A program made the position numbers and the translations under genes. Shown piece after piece: positions 38,356 through 48,346 of a stretch of DNA of 64,000 nucleotides; position 1 is the stretch's first letter, and each line of letters begins with the position of its first letter. The notes under the pieces were generated by a model. The model was not told where the DNA came from, did no database searches, and saw only the letters and a program-made list of their open reading frames with translations. This DNA comes from Bacteroidia bacterium (GTDB taxonomy: Bacteria; Bacteroidota; Bacteroidia; AKYH767-A; OLB10), in contig JAXLTL010000001.1 in NCBI GenBank assembly GCA_046330075.1, positions 930,341-994,340 on the forward strand. The letters run 5' to 3'.

Positions 38356-38443
38356 AATTCCCTAAATTTATGGTTCTAATTCGACTTGGCGAATTCCTCC
38401 AGTCATTTAGGGGGCTAGTACAAATCTCAATAAAGAAAAATAC

Positions 38444-38944
38444 TTGTCATCAAACCTCTCCATAACAAAAGCAACTTCTACTGACTGCAAAACAATTTCG
38501 CAGTTAGCGGAGATCATCTGGAAAAAACATTATCCGGACATTATCTCTATGGAACAAATCAAATACATGCTGCAACTCATGTATTCAGAAGAAGCATTGA
38601 AAAAGCAGATGTCGGAAGGTCAGCAATTCTTTCTGCTGCAAGCAAATGGAACTCCGGTTGGTTATATTTCATTCACGGATCGCGGTAACGGAGAGTACTT
38701 CCTGCATAAATTTTATCTCGATCATGAAAAACAGGGAAAAGGCCTGGGCACCTATTTCTTTCATGAAATGATCGGACTGTTAGGCAACCCGAAATCGATC
38801 CGACTCACCGTTAACCGTCAGAATTTTAAATCCATCAACTTCTATTTTAAAAACGGATTCATCATTGAAAAAGTAGCCGACTTCGACATCGGAAACGGAT
38901 ATGTGATGAACGATTTTGTGATGTTGAGATTACAAACAACTTGA
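38444..38944 (+). CDS. GNAT family N-acetyltransferase
   Basis: Acetyl-CoA-binding motif QGKGLGTYF. 166 aa. TTG start 22 nt from the IS3 end. Confidence 0.7.
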   Translation: MSSNLSITKATSTDCKTISQLAEIIWKKHYPDIISMEQIKYMLQLMYSEEALKKQMSEGQQFFLLQANGTPVGYISFTDRGNGEYFLHKFYLDHEKQGKGLGTYFFHEMIGLLGNPKSIRLTVNRQNFKSINFYFKNGFIIEKVADFDIGNGYVMNDFVMLRLQTT

Positions 38945-39122
38945 TATTTTTCTCTATCGTTGTCATTTTCTGGCTGTAGCAGGTTTTAAAAGTTGTAAGG
39001 GTTATAAATGTTATAAATGTTAAAATGTTATCCGCCGTCCGGCGGAGAGTTATGAGAATTTCCCCGCGCTCTCCGCGTAACCGCCGCGCTCTCCGCGTTT
39101 AAAACGAAAGATGATCCGGTAA

Positions 39123-40664
39123 CTAGAATTTACTGGTCTTAAACGACAACGTCTCCCGATCTGTGACCAGGTTGACCACATAAACCCCCTCCGAAATTTC
39201 ATTCATATAAATCTCCGACGTATAATAACCTCCCGCCAATACTTCCATCTGTTTTTCGAAAACGATTCTGCCTTCGATATCCAGCAACCGCAACACCCCT
39301 TTCTTCCCCTTCAACTGCGCAGCATTCACATGAATCATATTCCATTCATGGTTATACCACGCCTGCATCCACGATGCCTCCGGTGTTGGGCCGGGGATGA
39401 GGCCCACAGTTAACGTATCACAGGGACTACCCACCCAGGCGCCCAGCTCGTAATCGGGATTGTTGGGGAGGCCGTAGTAGGTGCGGGCACCGCCGAGGGA
39501 AAAACTGAAGGGTTGAAAATCACAGGCGAGACCAAGGGAATCGGGTTGGTTGATGACGGAGAGGTTTTCGTTGATATAATTCCAGCAGGTAGAAGGATAC
39601 GGAAAGCCGGAGCCTGGACCAGCATAAACACAACTGATGTAAATTTTACCATCCGGTGCCAGCTCCATTCCACCGGGAGTTGCTTCAATTGGAAATGAGT
39701 CTAGTAACACTCTTGAGTTGGGAATATTTGACGCGTTCAAATCAAACTGGTAAATTTTGCTGTTTAGATTATAGATGTCCTGTGCAGAAGTAACATATAG
39801 TTTATTGCCGTCTTCTGAAAATACCGCATCCATATATAGTTTGAACAGGCTTCCTGGAGGCGCATATTGTTCAATTACTGTTTCATTTGAAATCAATCCG
39901 GAACATCTGTCAAAATCAAATACTCCAAGATAACTGCCAAGTCCGGCTAATACTATTCTATCACCTGAATGATTGAAGCTTATATCACCACCATTATCAA
40001 AATGCGAAGTTCCTACAAATTGAGTGGGCAATGGATGTATACCTACTGAGTCTACCAGATACACCCAGAATTCATTGTTCTTTACATACCCCGGCGCATA
40101 GGTCCATCTGCGTGTTACCAGCCACCAGTCCTTTCCATTTCCATGACGTACTGCAGCCAGCATATCTTGCACGGGATGTGTTTCAAATCGGAAATTCTTT
40201 TGCACCACCTGACCTAAACCTCCCTGCAATTTCATGTCCACAATATTTACCCATAAGCCCGTATCGGGATAAACAACTCCGGCCACAAACACATAAAAGG
40301 TGCTGTCCGTAACCGACTTTGGGAGAACGAGCATATCATGATACCATTCACCTCCAACTAAGGTGTCACCATTAAATAACTTTTGATGTAGTTTATTAAA
40401 AAGTTTACCTATCCTTAATAGACTACTATTAGAGTTTGTTGAGTTGCCGGTTGCACCATAAAACAGCAGATTGCCTTGTACATCAGAAATAGAAGAAGTT
40501 CCTCGAAAAAAGCCACTCCCACTTTTGAAAAAGGCAATACCATTATCGAAATTAATTCCAGCACTATCACCAAACACCCAATTATTATTCCTGAATTGAG
40601 CATATGTTTTCAACTGACAGAACGATATCAGTATTAACAGCCAGATAATGTTTCGACTCATCAT
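39123..40664 (-). CDS. secreted T9SS cargo protein, paralog C
   Basis: MMSRNIIWLLILISFCQLKTYAQFRNNNWVFGDSAGINFD N-terminus. Full-length homology to 9287..10837. The same near-identical CTD. Confidence 0.75.
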   Translation of the reverse strand: MMSRNIIWLLILISFCQLKTYAQFRNNNWVFGDSAGINFDNGIAFFKSGSGFFRGTSSISDVQGNLLFYGATGNSTNSNSSLLRIGKLFNKLHQKLFNGDTLVGGEWYHDMLVLPKSVTDSTFYVFVAGVVYPDTGLWVNIVDMKLQGGLGQVVQKNFRFETHPVQDMLAAVRHGNGKDWWLVTRRWTYAPGYVKNNEFWVYLVDSVGIHPLPTQFVGTSHFDNGGDISFNHSGDRIVLAGLGSYLGVFDFDRCSGLISNETVIEQYAPPGSLFKLYMDAVFSEDGNKLYVTSAQDIYNLNSKIYQFDLNASNIPNSRVLLDSFPIEATPGGMELAPDGKIYISCVYAGPGSGFPYPSTCWNYINENLSVINQPDSLGLACDFQPFSFSLGGARTYYGLPNNPDYELGAWVGSPCDTLTVGLIPGPTPEASWMQAWYNHEWNMIHVNAAQLKGKKGVLRLLDIEGRIVFEKQMEVLAGGYYTSEIYMNEISEGVYVVNLVTDRETLSFKTSKF

Positions 40665-41134
40665 GTTTATTTCAACTTGATAAATTTCAAACTATGCTGT
40701 TTGTCGTTTTCAGGAAGGACAATAATTGTATAGACGCCCGGGGCCATCACCATCAACAAAAACAAATAGCGGAACAAGGTCATGAATCAAAGGTAAGGAA
40801 AATTGAGTTGAATGATACTGTTTCAATCGCTTGCGATGCAAGGGTTCAGAACCTGTCCCGAGCAAAGCCTCGGGATCCTGAACCATTGCACCTGATACAT
40901 CTCGCCTGCATTTTCAAGAATCAACATTGCCGAAAGGGGGAACGCGGATGAAGCCGATTTGGCGGATGGTCGCTGATTTTATTTGTCTTTAGACCGGTCA
41001 CCACCGGATAATATTTGTCTCATGGCCGGTCGCGACCGGCCACTACCATCTCTTGCCCCTTTACCCCTATTCTACTCCCGCACTCTGTGCGGGATGCCCC
41101 TCCTTTTCTCTCTTTTCTTCTCTATCTTTACCCC

Positions 41135-42229
41135 ATGGCTGGCAACTCTTTCGGACAACTCTTCCGCATGACTGGTTTCGGTGAATCGCATGGTCCTGCT
41201 ATCGGTGTGGTGATTGATGGTTGTCCTGCCGGACTGGATATTGACCTTTCTTTTATTGAATATCAGCTTCAACGTCGCCGGCCCGGACAAAGCAGCATTA
41301 CCACCTCCCGCAATGAGCAGGATATTCCGGAAATTCTCAGCGGTGTTTACGAAGGGAAATCAACCGGCGCTCCGATTACATTACTGATCCGAAATCAGGA
41401 TCAGCGTCCGCAGGATTATAAACACCTCGAAAACACCTGGCGTCCCGGCCATGCCGATTTCACGTACGATCAGAAATACGGTCACCGTGATCCCCGCGGT
41501 GGCGGAAGGTCTTCGGCCCGTGAAACTGCCGCCCGTGTGATGGCAGGGTCAGTCGCTCATCAACTCCTGCAAACGGCCAACATTGAGATTATCGCCTGGG
41601 TAAGTCGTGTGAAGGATATCGAACTGGACAAAGACTACCGCACACTCGATTTTTCTGCTATCGATCAGAATGCCATCCGTTGCCCCGATGCGGATACAGC
41701 TGCGAAAATGATTGCGCTGATTGAGGAAACGAAAAAGAAAGGAGATACCGTCGGTGGTGTTATCACCTGCATCGCCCGGAATGTACCTCCCGGACTCGGC
41801 GAACCCATCTATCATAAACTGCAGGCCGATCTGGCTGCAGCCATGATGGGTATTAACGCAGTAAAAGGTTTTGAACTGGGCAGCGGGTTTTCCGGCACCA
41901 CCCTCTACGGAAGTGAACACAACGACCGCTTTACCGCCGAAATTGATCCCCACGGACATCCCCGCTTCCGCACCCTCACGAACAATAGCGGAGGCATTCA
42001 GGGCGGCATCAGCAATGGCTCTGACCTGCTCTTCAGGGTCGCCTTCAAGCCGGTTTCTACCCTGATGCAAACGCAGGAAACCGTTGATAAAGAGGGTAAA
42101 AACATAACGCTCGAGGGAAAAGGTCGCCACGACCCCTGCGTGCTTCCACGGGCTGTTCCGATTGTTGAAGCCATGTGCGCTCTTGTTTTGGCCGACCACT
42201 GGCTGCTCAATAAAACAGCGAAACTCTGA
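41135..42229 (+). CDS. aroC: chorismate synthase
   Basis: [31 protein letters not shown]..., and [32 protein letters not shown] signatures. Confidence 0.9.
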   Translation: MAGNSFGQLFRMTGFGESHGPAIGVVIDGCPAGLDIDLSFIEYQLQRRRPGQSSITTSRNEQDIPEILSGVYEGKSTGAPITLLIRNQDQRPQDYKHLENTWRPGHADFTYDQKYGHRDPRGGGRSSARETAARVMAGSVAHQLLQTANIEIIAWVSRVKDIELDKDYRTLDFSAIDQNAIRCPDADTAAKMIALIEETKKKGDTVGGVITCIARNVPPGLGEPIYHKLQADLAAAMMGINAVKGFELGSGFSGTTLYGSEHNDRFTAEIDPHGHPRFRTLTNNSGGIQGGISNGSDLLFRVAFKPVSTLMQTQETVDKEGKNITLEGKGRHDPCVLPRAVPIVEAMCALVLADHWLLNKTAKL

Positions 42230-42330
42230 GCTGTTAATTTTCTTTTCATAAACCATTCATCCTTCCGCGCCGGATTCGCACAATTTCTGCCGAATTTTGC
42301 GTTCTCACCGAATCATTCCACATTTCACTC

Positions 42331-44982
42331 ATGCTGAAAAAAATATTCATCGGACTGGGCATTCTGATTGTCCTGCTACTCGGCGCTGCCATTCTACTTC
42401 CTGTCATCTATAAAGACAAAATTGTAGCCATGGTCAAAGAGGAAGTCAACAAAAACATCAATGCAAAAGTTGACTTCGGCGATTTCGACCTCACCATCCT
42501 GAGTTCCTTTCCAGACTTCACCCTCTCCATCAGCAACCTCAGCGTGGTAGGCGTAGCGCCGTTTGAAGGGGACACCCTCACCTCCGCCAAAACCCTTTCG
42601 CTTACCGTAGATGTAATGAGTGTCATCAACGGCGGACAAATCGACATCAAAAAGATCAATCTCCAACAACCGCTCATCAATCTGATTGTATTGAAAGACG
42701 GTAAAGCCAACTGGGATATTTCCAAACCGGATTCATCAGCAACATCTACTACCGGCGAGCCTTCGAAATTCAAGGTGGCATTGAAGTCGTACAGTATTGA
42801 AAATGGCCGGGTATCTTACGATGATGCGTCGCTGGGCTTTAAAATGACCATGGAAGACCTCAACCACTCCGGCAAAGGTGATTTTACGCAAGATCTTTTT
42901 GTTTTAAGTACCAACACTACCGCCGCCGCTACCGACCTCTGGTACGGAGGTGTGAAATATCTCCACCGGGCCGAAACCAAACTCAAGGCCGATCTTGACA
43001 TGGATATGCCGAATTTCAAATTCACATTCAAAGAAAATGAACTCGTGCTGAACCGGCTGGTACTCGGTATGGATGGATGGCTCGCTATGCCGAAAGAAGA
43101 CATTGTAATGGACCTGAAATTTGAGGCGAAGCAGAATGAATTCAAAAATTTCATCTCCATGGTTCCCGGTGTATTCAGAGAAGGATTTGATGGCATGAAG
43201 ACCTCCGGTACACTGGCGCTGAAAGCATGGGTAAAAGGAACCTACAACGAAAAACAGATGCCGGGCTTCGGTGTTAACCTGAAAATCGGCAATGGAATGT
43301 TCCAATATCCTTCACTGCCGGTAGCTGTCAACAATGTACAGGTAGATCTGAACATTGCCAACGCGGATGGTGTTCCCGATCACACCCTGATCGACCTCAA
43401 CAAAATGCACGTCGAGCTCGGCCGCGAACCCTTCGATGCACGTTTACGGGTACGCACACCCGTTAGTGATGCAGACATCAATGGGAACATCAAAGGATTC
43501 GTGAACTTCGCCAATATCAGCAAGATTGTCCCGCTTGAACAGGGAACCACCATCGCCGGCTCCATGAATGCCGACCTGAACTTCAACGGACGATTATCGG
43601 CTATCGAACAAAAACGCTATGAAGATTTCCAGGCTGCGGGCTCTCTCCTGTTGAGCAAATTCAATTATACCAGCAAAGATTACAAACAAGGGTTCGACCT
43701 CAACGAATGTCACCTCACCTTTAATCCGCAGAACATCACACTCAACAACTTCGACGCGAAAATGGGCGCCAGCGATATCCGCGCAAACGGAACCCTCGAC
43801 AACCTGCTCGCCTATCTCTTCAAGAACGAAACACTCAAGGGAAGTCTCAATCTCCTCTCTAACAAACTTGATCTGGCGGCGATGAACTCCGGCGAACCTG
43901 CCGGAACAACCACCACCGACACCGCGGCGATGACTCTTATTGAGGTCCCGGCCAACATCGACTTCATCGCCAATGCCAATATTGGCACGTTATTATACGA
44001 TGATGTACGCCTTGACAATCTTTCAGGAAAAGTAATCATCCGGGATCAGGCCGTCAACATGGAAAACCTCAGTTTTACTACGCTGGGCGGATCTATGAAG
44101 CTGAGCGGACTTTATGCCACCCGCGAACGTAAAAAAGCTGACATCGCCTTAACGATGGACATCTCCGGTTTCGATATTCAGCAAACCGTAAAGACTTTTA
44201 ACACGGTAAAGAAGATGGCACCGATTGCTGAGAAAGCTACCGGCCGTTACAGCACGCTATTCACCATGAATGGCAAGCTCAACGACAAGATGGAACCCGA
44301 CCTGCAAACACTCACCGGAGGCGGGAAATTAAGCACCGCCAATGTGACCATTGCCAATTTCCCTCCGCTACAGAAAGCAGCCGATGTACTGAAGATGGAG
44401 CAATTCCGCCAGCTCAACGTAAGTAATGTCAACCTCAGTTTCACCTTTGAAAACGGACGCGTAAACGTAAAACCGTTTGATGTAACGTTAGCGGGTATCC
44501 CCACCAATGTAGCAGGTAGCACAGGATTCGATCAAACAATCGACTACAATCTGGCCATGAATATTCCTACTTCAAAGATGCCTTCGTCGGCGACGGGTGC
44601 CATCAACGGACTCATCTCACAAGCCAACGCCAAAGGAGCCAACTTCAGCATGTCGGAAAATATCAAAATGAACCTGAAGATGGGTGGTACAGTCTCCAAT
44701 CCAACGGTTGGCACTGACATTAAAGAAACCGGTGGAAAGATGGTTGATCAGCTGAAAGACAAAGCGAAAGCAGAAGCCGACCGTATAAAAGCAGAAGCAG
44801 AAGCCAAAGCACGGGCGGAAGCAGATCGCCTGAAATCAGAAGCGGAAGCCAAAGCCAAAGCGGAAGCCGATAAATTAAAGAAGGAAGCCGAAGCGAAAGC
44901 CAAAGCAGAAGCCGATAAGCTGAAAAAAGAAGCCGAAAAGAAAGCGAAAGATGCTTTAAAGAACGTTTTCGGTCCGAAATAA
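42331..44982 (+). CDS. AsmA family outer-membrane biogenesis protein with a C-terminal Lys/Ala/Glu coiled-coil repeat tail
   Basis: N-terminal TM anchor and AsmA-like beta-rich repeats (DFxxFDLTILSSFPDFTLSISNL...). The last ~70 aa are KAEAEADRLKxEAEAKAKAEADKLKKEAE repeats. Confidence 0.7.
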   Translation: MLKKIFIGLGILIVLLLGAAILLPVIYKDKIVAMVKEEVNKNINAKVDFGDFDLTILSSFPDFTLSISNLSVVGVAPFEGDTLTSAKTLSLTVDVMSVINGGQIDIKKINLQQPLINLIVLKDGKANWDISKPDSSATSTTGEPSKFKVALKSYSIENGRVSYDDASLGFKMTMEDLNHSGKGDFTQDLFVLSTNTTAAATDLWYGGVKYLHRAETKLKADLDMDMPNFKFTFKENELVLNRLVLGMDGWLAMPKEDIVMDLKFEAKQNEFKNFISMVPGVFREGFDGMKTSGTLALKAWVKGTYNEKQMPGFGVNLKIGNGMFQYPSLPVAVNNVQVDLNIANADGVPDHTLIDLNKMHVELGREPFDARLRVRTPVSDADINGNIKGFVNFANISKIVPLEQGTTIAGSMNADLNFNGRLSAIEQKRYEDFQAAGSLLLSKFNYTSKDYKQGFDLNECHLTFNPQNITLNNFDAKMGASDIRANGTLDNLLAYLFKNETLKGSLNLLSNKLDLAAMNSGEPAGTTTTDTAAMTLIEVPANIDFIANANIGTLLYDDVRLDNLSGKVIIRDQAVNMENLSFTTLGGSMKLSGLYATRERKKADIALTMDISGFDIQQTVKTFNTVKKMAPIAEKATGRYSTLFTMNGKLNDKMEPDLQTLTGGGKLSTANVTIANFPPLQKAADVLKMEQFRQLNVSNVNLSFTFENGRVNVKPFDVTLAGIPTNVAGSTGFDQTIDYNLAMNIPTSKMPSSATGAINGLISQANAKGANFSMSENIKMNLKMGGTVSNPTVGTDIKETGGKMVDQLKDKAKAEADRIKAEAEAKARAEADRLKSEAEAKAKAEADKLKKEAEAKAKAEADKLKKEAEKKAKDALKNVFGPK

Positions 44983-45000
44983 CACAAGTAACAGAACACA

Positions 45001-45033
45001 AAAGCCCGGAGAATCCTCCGGGCTTTTTAATTT
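45001..45033 (+). terminator. rho-independent terminator (AAAGCCCGGAGAATCCTCCGGGCTTTTTAATTTT)
   Basis: 9-bp GC stem and a T-tract immediately after the AsmA-like stop. Confidence 0.8.
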
Positions 45034-45091
45034 TCTTCCTGAATAGTTGAATTGCCTTGCTAAATATTATATCTTGCAACGCGCGTTGAAA

Positions 45092-45586
45092 ATGAAAACC
45101 AAGTACACCCTATTCCTGCTTCTTCCTCTGTTCATGGCCCTCACCTTCATCACTGCCTGCGGTGACGATGATGACGATCCGAATACGAATGCTGTCACCG
45201 ATGGATGTTCATTACCTAACGGACATTTAAAATGGACTACGCAGGGTACGCAGTATTGTGCCAATGCCACTCTTTTCGGAGATCAGGCTATTGAGATGAC
45301 CATCAATGGAATTACCCAATCGGGAATTTCTATGACGCTCGAACTTGACAGTGTGGACCCAGGCACTTACACCATGAATGACAATATCAACCATCTCCTT
45401 TTCACTGATCAGTTCGCCTTCGACTGGCAATCTTCAGATGATGCCCCCGGCACGCTGGTGATTACCAAAAACGATAAAACCGCCAATCTTATTGAAGGCA
45501 GCTTTTCTGTAAATGCTAAAAATGCGCTCACCGGAACCATGCGTCAGATCAGCAATGGAAGCTTCCGGATCAACTACACCGAATAA
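45092..45586 (+). CDS. hypothetical lipoprotein
   Basis: MKTKYTLFLLLPLFMALTFITAC lipobox, followed by a poly-Asp linker. Confidence 0.5.
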   Translation: MKTKYTLFLLLPLFMALTFITACGDDDDDPNTNAVTDGCSLPNGHLKWTTQGTQYCANATLFGDQAIEMTINGITQSGISMTLELDSVDPGTYTMNDNINHLLFTDQFAFDWQSSDDAPGTLVITKNDKTANLIEGSFSVNAKNALTGTMRQISNGSFRINYTE

Positions 45587-46050
45587 TGAAAATTACAACA
45601 TACCTCCTCCTCGCTCTACTCGCCGTTTCACTGACCACTTCCTGTAACCGCTCTACCGGGAATGCCACCATTACCGTCGACACATTGGTAACGGATGAAG
45701 CGGAAACAGAAGCATTGCTGAATTCCATGTCGATCGACTTTGAGGGTGTTCTGCCCTGCGCCGATTGCCCGGGTATCGCAACACTCCTGCACCTCAACAA
45801 AGACAGTATGACGTATTTCCTCACGGAGATATACAAAGGAAAAGCCGACTCCGTATTTATGCGGTCCGGCAGCTACCGGCTCATGACCGGGATCGATTCA
45901 ACGACGAGTATTTTAGAGATCTCGGGCGTAAAGGAGGCAGGACCCAGATACTATGAGCTTTCAGGCGACACGGTACTTTATGTGCTTGACAAAGATGCCC
46001 GAAGAACGCAGGGAGATCAGAATAATGCCCTGCGTAAAAAACAGGAGTAA
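45586..46050 (+). CDS. NlpE-like (copper-resistance/envelope-stress) lipoprotein, N-terminal domain type
   Basis: Lipobox LTTSC. FEGVLPCADCPGIATLLHL matches the NlpE N-domain CXXC motif. The start overlaps the upstream stop. Confidence 0.5.
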   Translation: MKITTYLLLALLAVSLTTSCNRSTGNATITVDTLVTDEAETEALLNSMSIDFEGVLPCADCPGIATLLHLNKDSMTYFLTEIYKGKADSVFMRSGSYRLMTGIDSTTSILEISGVKEAGPRYYELSGDTVLYVLDKDARRTQGDQNNALRKKQE

Positions 46051-46130
46051 AATCAGTTTTCAGCATCTTTTAATTCCTGTTACTTTTGCCGCATCTTCCG
46101 AAAGCATTACTGCCGGAAGTAATCACCTGC

Positions 46131-46985
46131 ATGAAAAATAAGTTGTATCTCCTTACGATGCTTGCCATCACCGTATTCAGCCAGACTGCATTCAGCGGTC
46201 CTGGCGACTCACTATCCGTTTATCCCAGCCGAAAACACCAGCTTTACTTTTACTGGGGATGGAACCGTGGTTTTTACAGCCATTCAGACATTCAGTTTAC
46301 CGGCGACAATTACAATTTCACACTCGAAAATGTCGTTGCAAAAGACCGTCAGACGCCTCTGGCTGCTGATCCATATCTCAGAGTTGATCAGGTTACGATT
46401 CCCCAAACCGATCTGCGCCTGGGCTTCTTTATCAACGACCATTGGGAAATTTCTTTGGGCGATGACCATATGAAATATGTGATGGTTCAAAATCAAAAAG
46501 TAAAGATCAACGGTCAGATTTCCGGAACCGGAACTATATATGATGGTACTTATGCGGATGACGAAATTTACCTGACCAATGACTTTTTAATGTATGAACA
46601 TACCGATGGATTGAACTACCTCAACGCTGAAATCAGAAGATCTGACAATATCTCCAGATTTCTGCGACTGAAGCCCAATGCATTTGTTCAGGTCTATTCA
46701 ATGGCCGGTTTCGGAGCCGGAATCATATATCCTCGTACCAATTGTACGCTCATGCAGAATCAGCGTCATGATGAGTTTCATGTTGCCGGCTATGGATTTG
46801 CACCGGTAGCAGGTGTTAACTTTATTTTTTTCAGACATATCCTGTTGCAGGGTGAACTCAAAGGCGGATTCATAAACCTTCCGGATGTACAGACAACGTA
46901 TAACGATGCCGATAAAGCTAAACAGCACTTTTGGTTTTTTGAAACGTTGTTCTCTCTGGGAGCCACGTTTAAAATCGGAAAATAA
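46131..46985 (+). CDS. hypothetical secreted, possibly outer-membrane beta-barrel protein
   Basis: Signal peptide. Alternating hydrophobic pattern. C-terminal aromatic residue (…ATFKIGK). Confidence 0.45.
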   Translation: MKNKLYLLTMLAITVFSQTAFSGPGDSLSVYPSRKHQLYFYWGWNRGFYSHSDIQFTGDNYNFTLENVVAKDRQTPLAADPYLRVDQVTIPQTDLRLGFFINDHWEISLGDDHMKYVMVQNQKVKINGQISGTGTIYDGTYADDEIYLTNDFLMYEHTDGLNYLNAEIRRSDNISRFLRLKPNAFVQVYSMAGFGAGIIYPRTNCTLMQNQRHDEFHVAGYGFAPVAGVNFIFFRHILLQGELKGGFINLPDVQTTYNDADKAKQHFWFFETLFSLGATFKIGK

Positions 46986-46991
46986 GAAGAC

Positions 46992-48233
46992 TTAGCTCTT
47001 CTCCGTCTGAACATTCAGTTCACCTTCCCATTTGCTGACGACGGCGGTAGCTACTGCATTCCCGACCACATTGGTTGCACTGCGACCCATGTCGAGCAAC
47101 TGATCGATTCCCAGCAACAATAAAAGTCCGGCTTCCGGAATATGAAACGCACTCAGCATTCCCGCAATCACCACTAACGAAGCTCTGGGAACGCCGGCCA
47201 TTCCCTTACTGGTCACCAACAACATTAGCATCATGGTAATTTCCTGTTGCAGGGTGAGTTCGATGCCATAGGCCTGCGCAATGAACACGGTGGCAAACGT
47301 CATATACATGATAGATCCGTCGAGATTAAACGAGTATCCCAGCGGCAATACAAAACTGATGATCCGGTTACTGCAGCCGTATTTTTCGAGCGCTTCAACG
47401 GTTTTCGGGAAAGCAGATTCGCTGGAGGCCGTTGAGAAAGCCAGCAGAATTGGCTCTTTAATTTGTCCGAGAAGTTTAAAGAAGGGAATTTTCAGCACAA
47501 AGCAGATTGTGCCAAGAATAACGAGACCGAAAAATATTAGGCCAAAATAAAAACAGGCGATCAGATACAGATATCCGCCGATAATGCCCAACCCTTGTTT
47601 TGCAACCACGGCAGCAATGGCGCCGAATACACCGAAAGGAGCAAACAGCATTACATAATTGGTCACTTTGAACATGATATGACCGATGGTATCAAAAGCA
47701 TGCACCACGGTTTTGGCTTTCTCGCCCATCGATGCAGCAGCAACCCCAAAAAACAAAGAGAATATCACAATCGGCAAGATTTCATTATTCGCCATCGCTT
47801 CCACTACACTTTTAGGAATAACGTGGGTAATGAATTCTTTCAAAGCGGGAGCCTTGGTTGCGACACCGCTACTGGCATCGGCTGCGGGCAACGGGAGATG
47901 CATCACATGGCCGGGTTCGAAGATGTTCACTAGCATGAGCCCAAGTGCCAATGCCAGAATGGTGGCAAACTGGAAATAAAGAATGGTTTTTAACCCGATA
48001 CGTCCAACGCTTTTAAAGTCGCCCACCTTGGCAACGCCATACACCAGGGTACTGAACACCAGGGGGGCAATAATCATCTTGATCAGCCTTAAAAAGATAT
48101 CGCTGAGGATCTGTATCTGCTCTGCAAAATCGTTATAATCAGCAGGATCGGGATGCGATTCACGGTATAAATGACCCACCAGAATGCCGAGCAGCATGCC
48201 GATGAATATGCGGGTGGTGAGGTTAATCTTCAT
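46992..48233 (-). CDS. dicarboxylate/amino acid:cation symporter (DAACS, GltP-like)
   Basis: Polytopic, with conserved DAACS re-entrant loop motifs (…SSSGAT…, NVDG-like region). Confidence 0.8.
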   Translation of the reverse strand: MKINLTTRIFIGMLLGILVGHLYRESHPDPADYNDFAEQIQILSDIFLRLIKMIIAPLVFSTLVYGVAKVGDFKSVGRIGLKTILYFQFATILALALGLMLVNIFEPGHVMHLPLPAADASSGVATKAPALKEFITHVIPKSVVEAMANNEILPIVIFSLFFGVAAASMGEKAKTVVHAFDTIGHIMFKVTNYVMLFAPFGVFGAIAAVVAKQGLGIIGGYLYLIACFYFGLIFFGLVILGTICFVLKIPFFKLLGQIKEPILLAFSTASSESAFPKTVEALEKYGCSNRIISFVLPLGYSFNLDGSIMYMTFATVFIAQAYGIELTLQQEITMMLMLLVTSKGMAGVPRASLVVIAGMLSAFHIPEAGLLLLLGIDQLLDMGRSATNVVGNAVATAVVSKWEGELNVQTEKS

Positions 48234-48346
48234 ATCTTCTGCTCAAAAATAACCGAAATCGTTGAATTCAAAGCTATTCGGGTGGACTCAAGGCGCGCCG
48301 TTTCTTATCTTTGCGCCTCCGGAAAAATCCGGTGTTATTGCAGATT

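Larger units (their letters stand above)
36977..38422 (-). mobile_element. IS3-family insertion sequence (1446 bp) with imperfect terminal IRs TGTA(G/C)...CCCCCTA..ACTGGAG and orfA/orfB -1 frameshift architecture
   Basis: Ends TGTAGCAACCCCCTATTAACTGGAG and TGTACTAGCCCCCTAAATGACTGGAG (reverse-complement view). Flanked by AATC on both sides (3-4 bp TSD). Slippery A_AAA_AAA at ~38071-38079. Confidence 0.8.

Noticed and set aside
40694-40951. 85-aa ORF between paralog C and aroC
   Set aside because: No domain, no RBS or promoter context, and it overlaps the structured intergenic region. It is probably non-coding.
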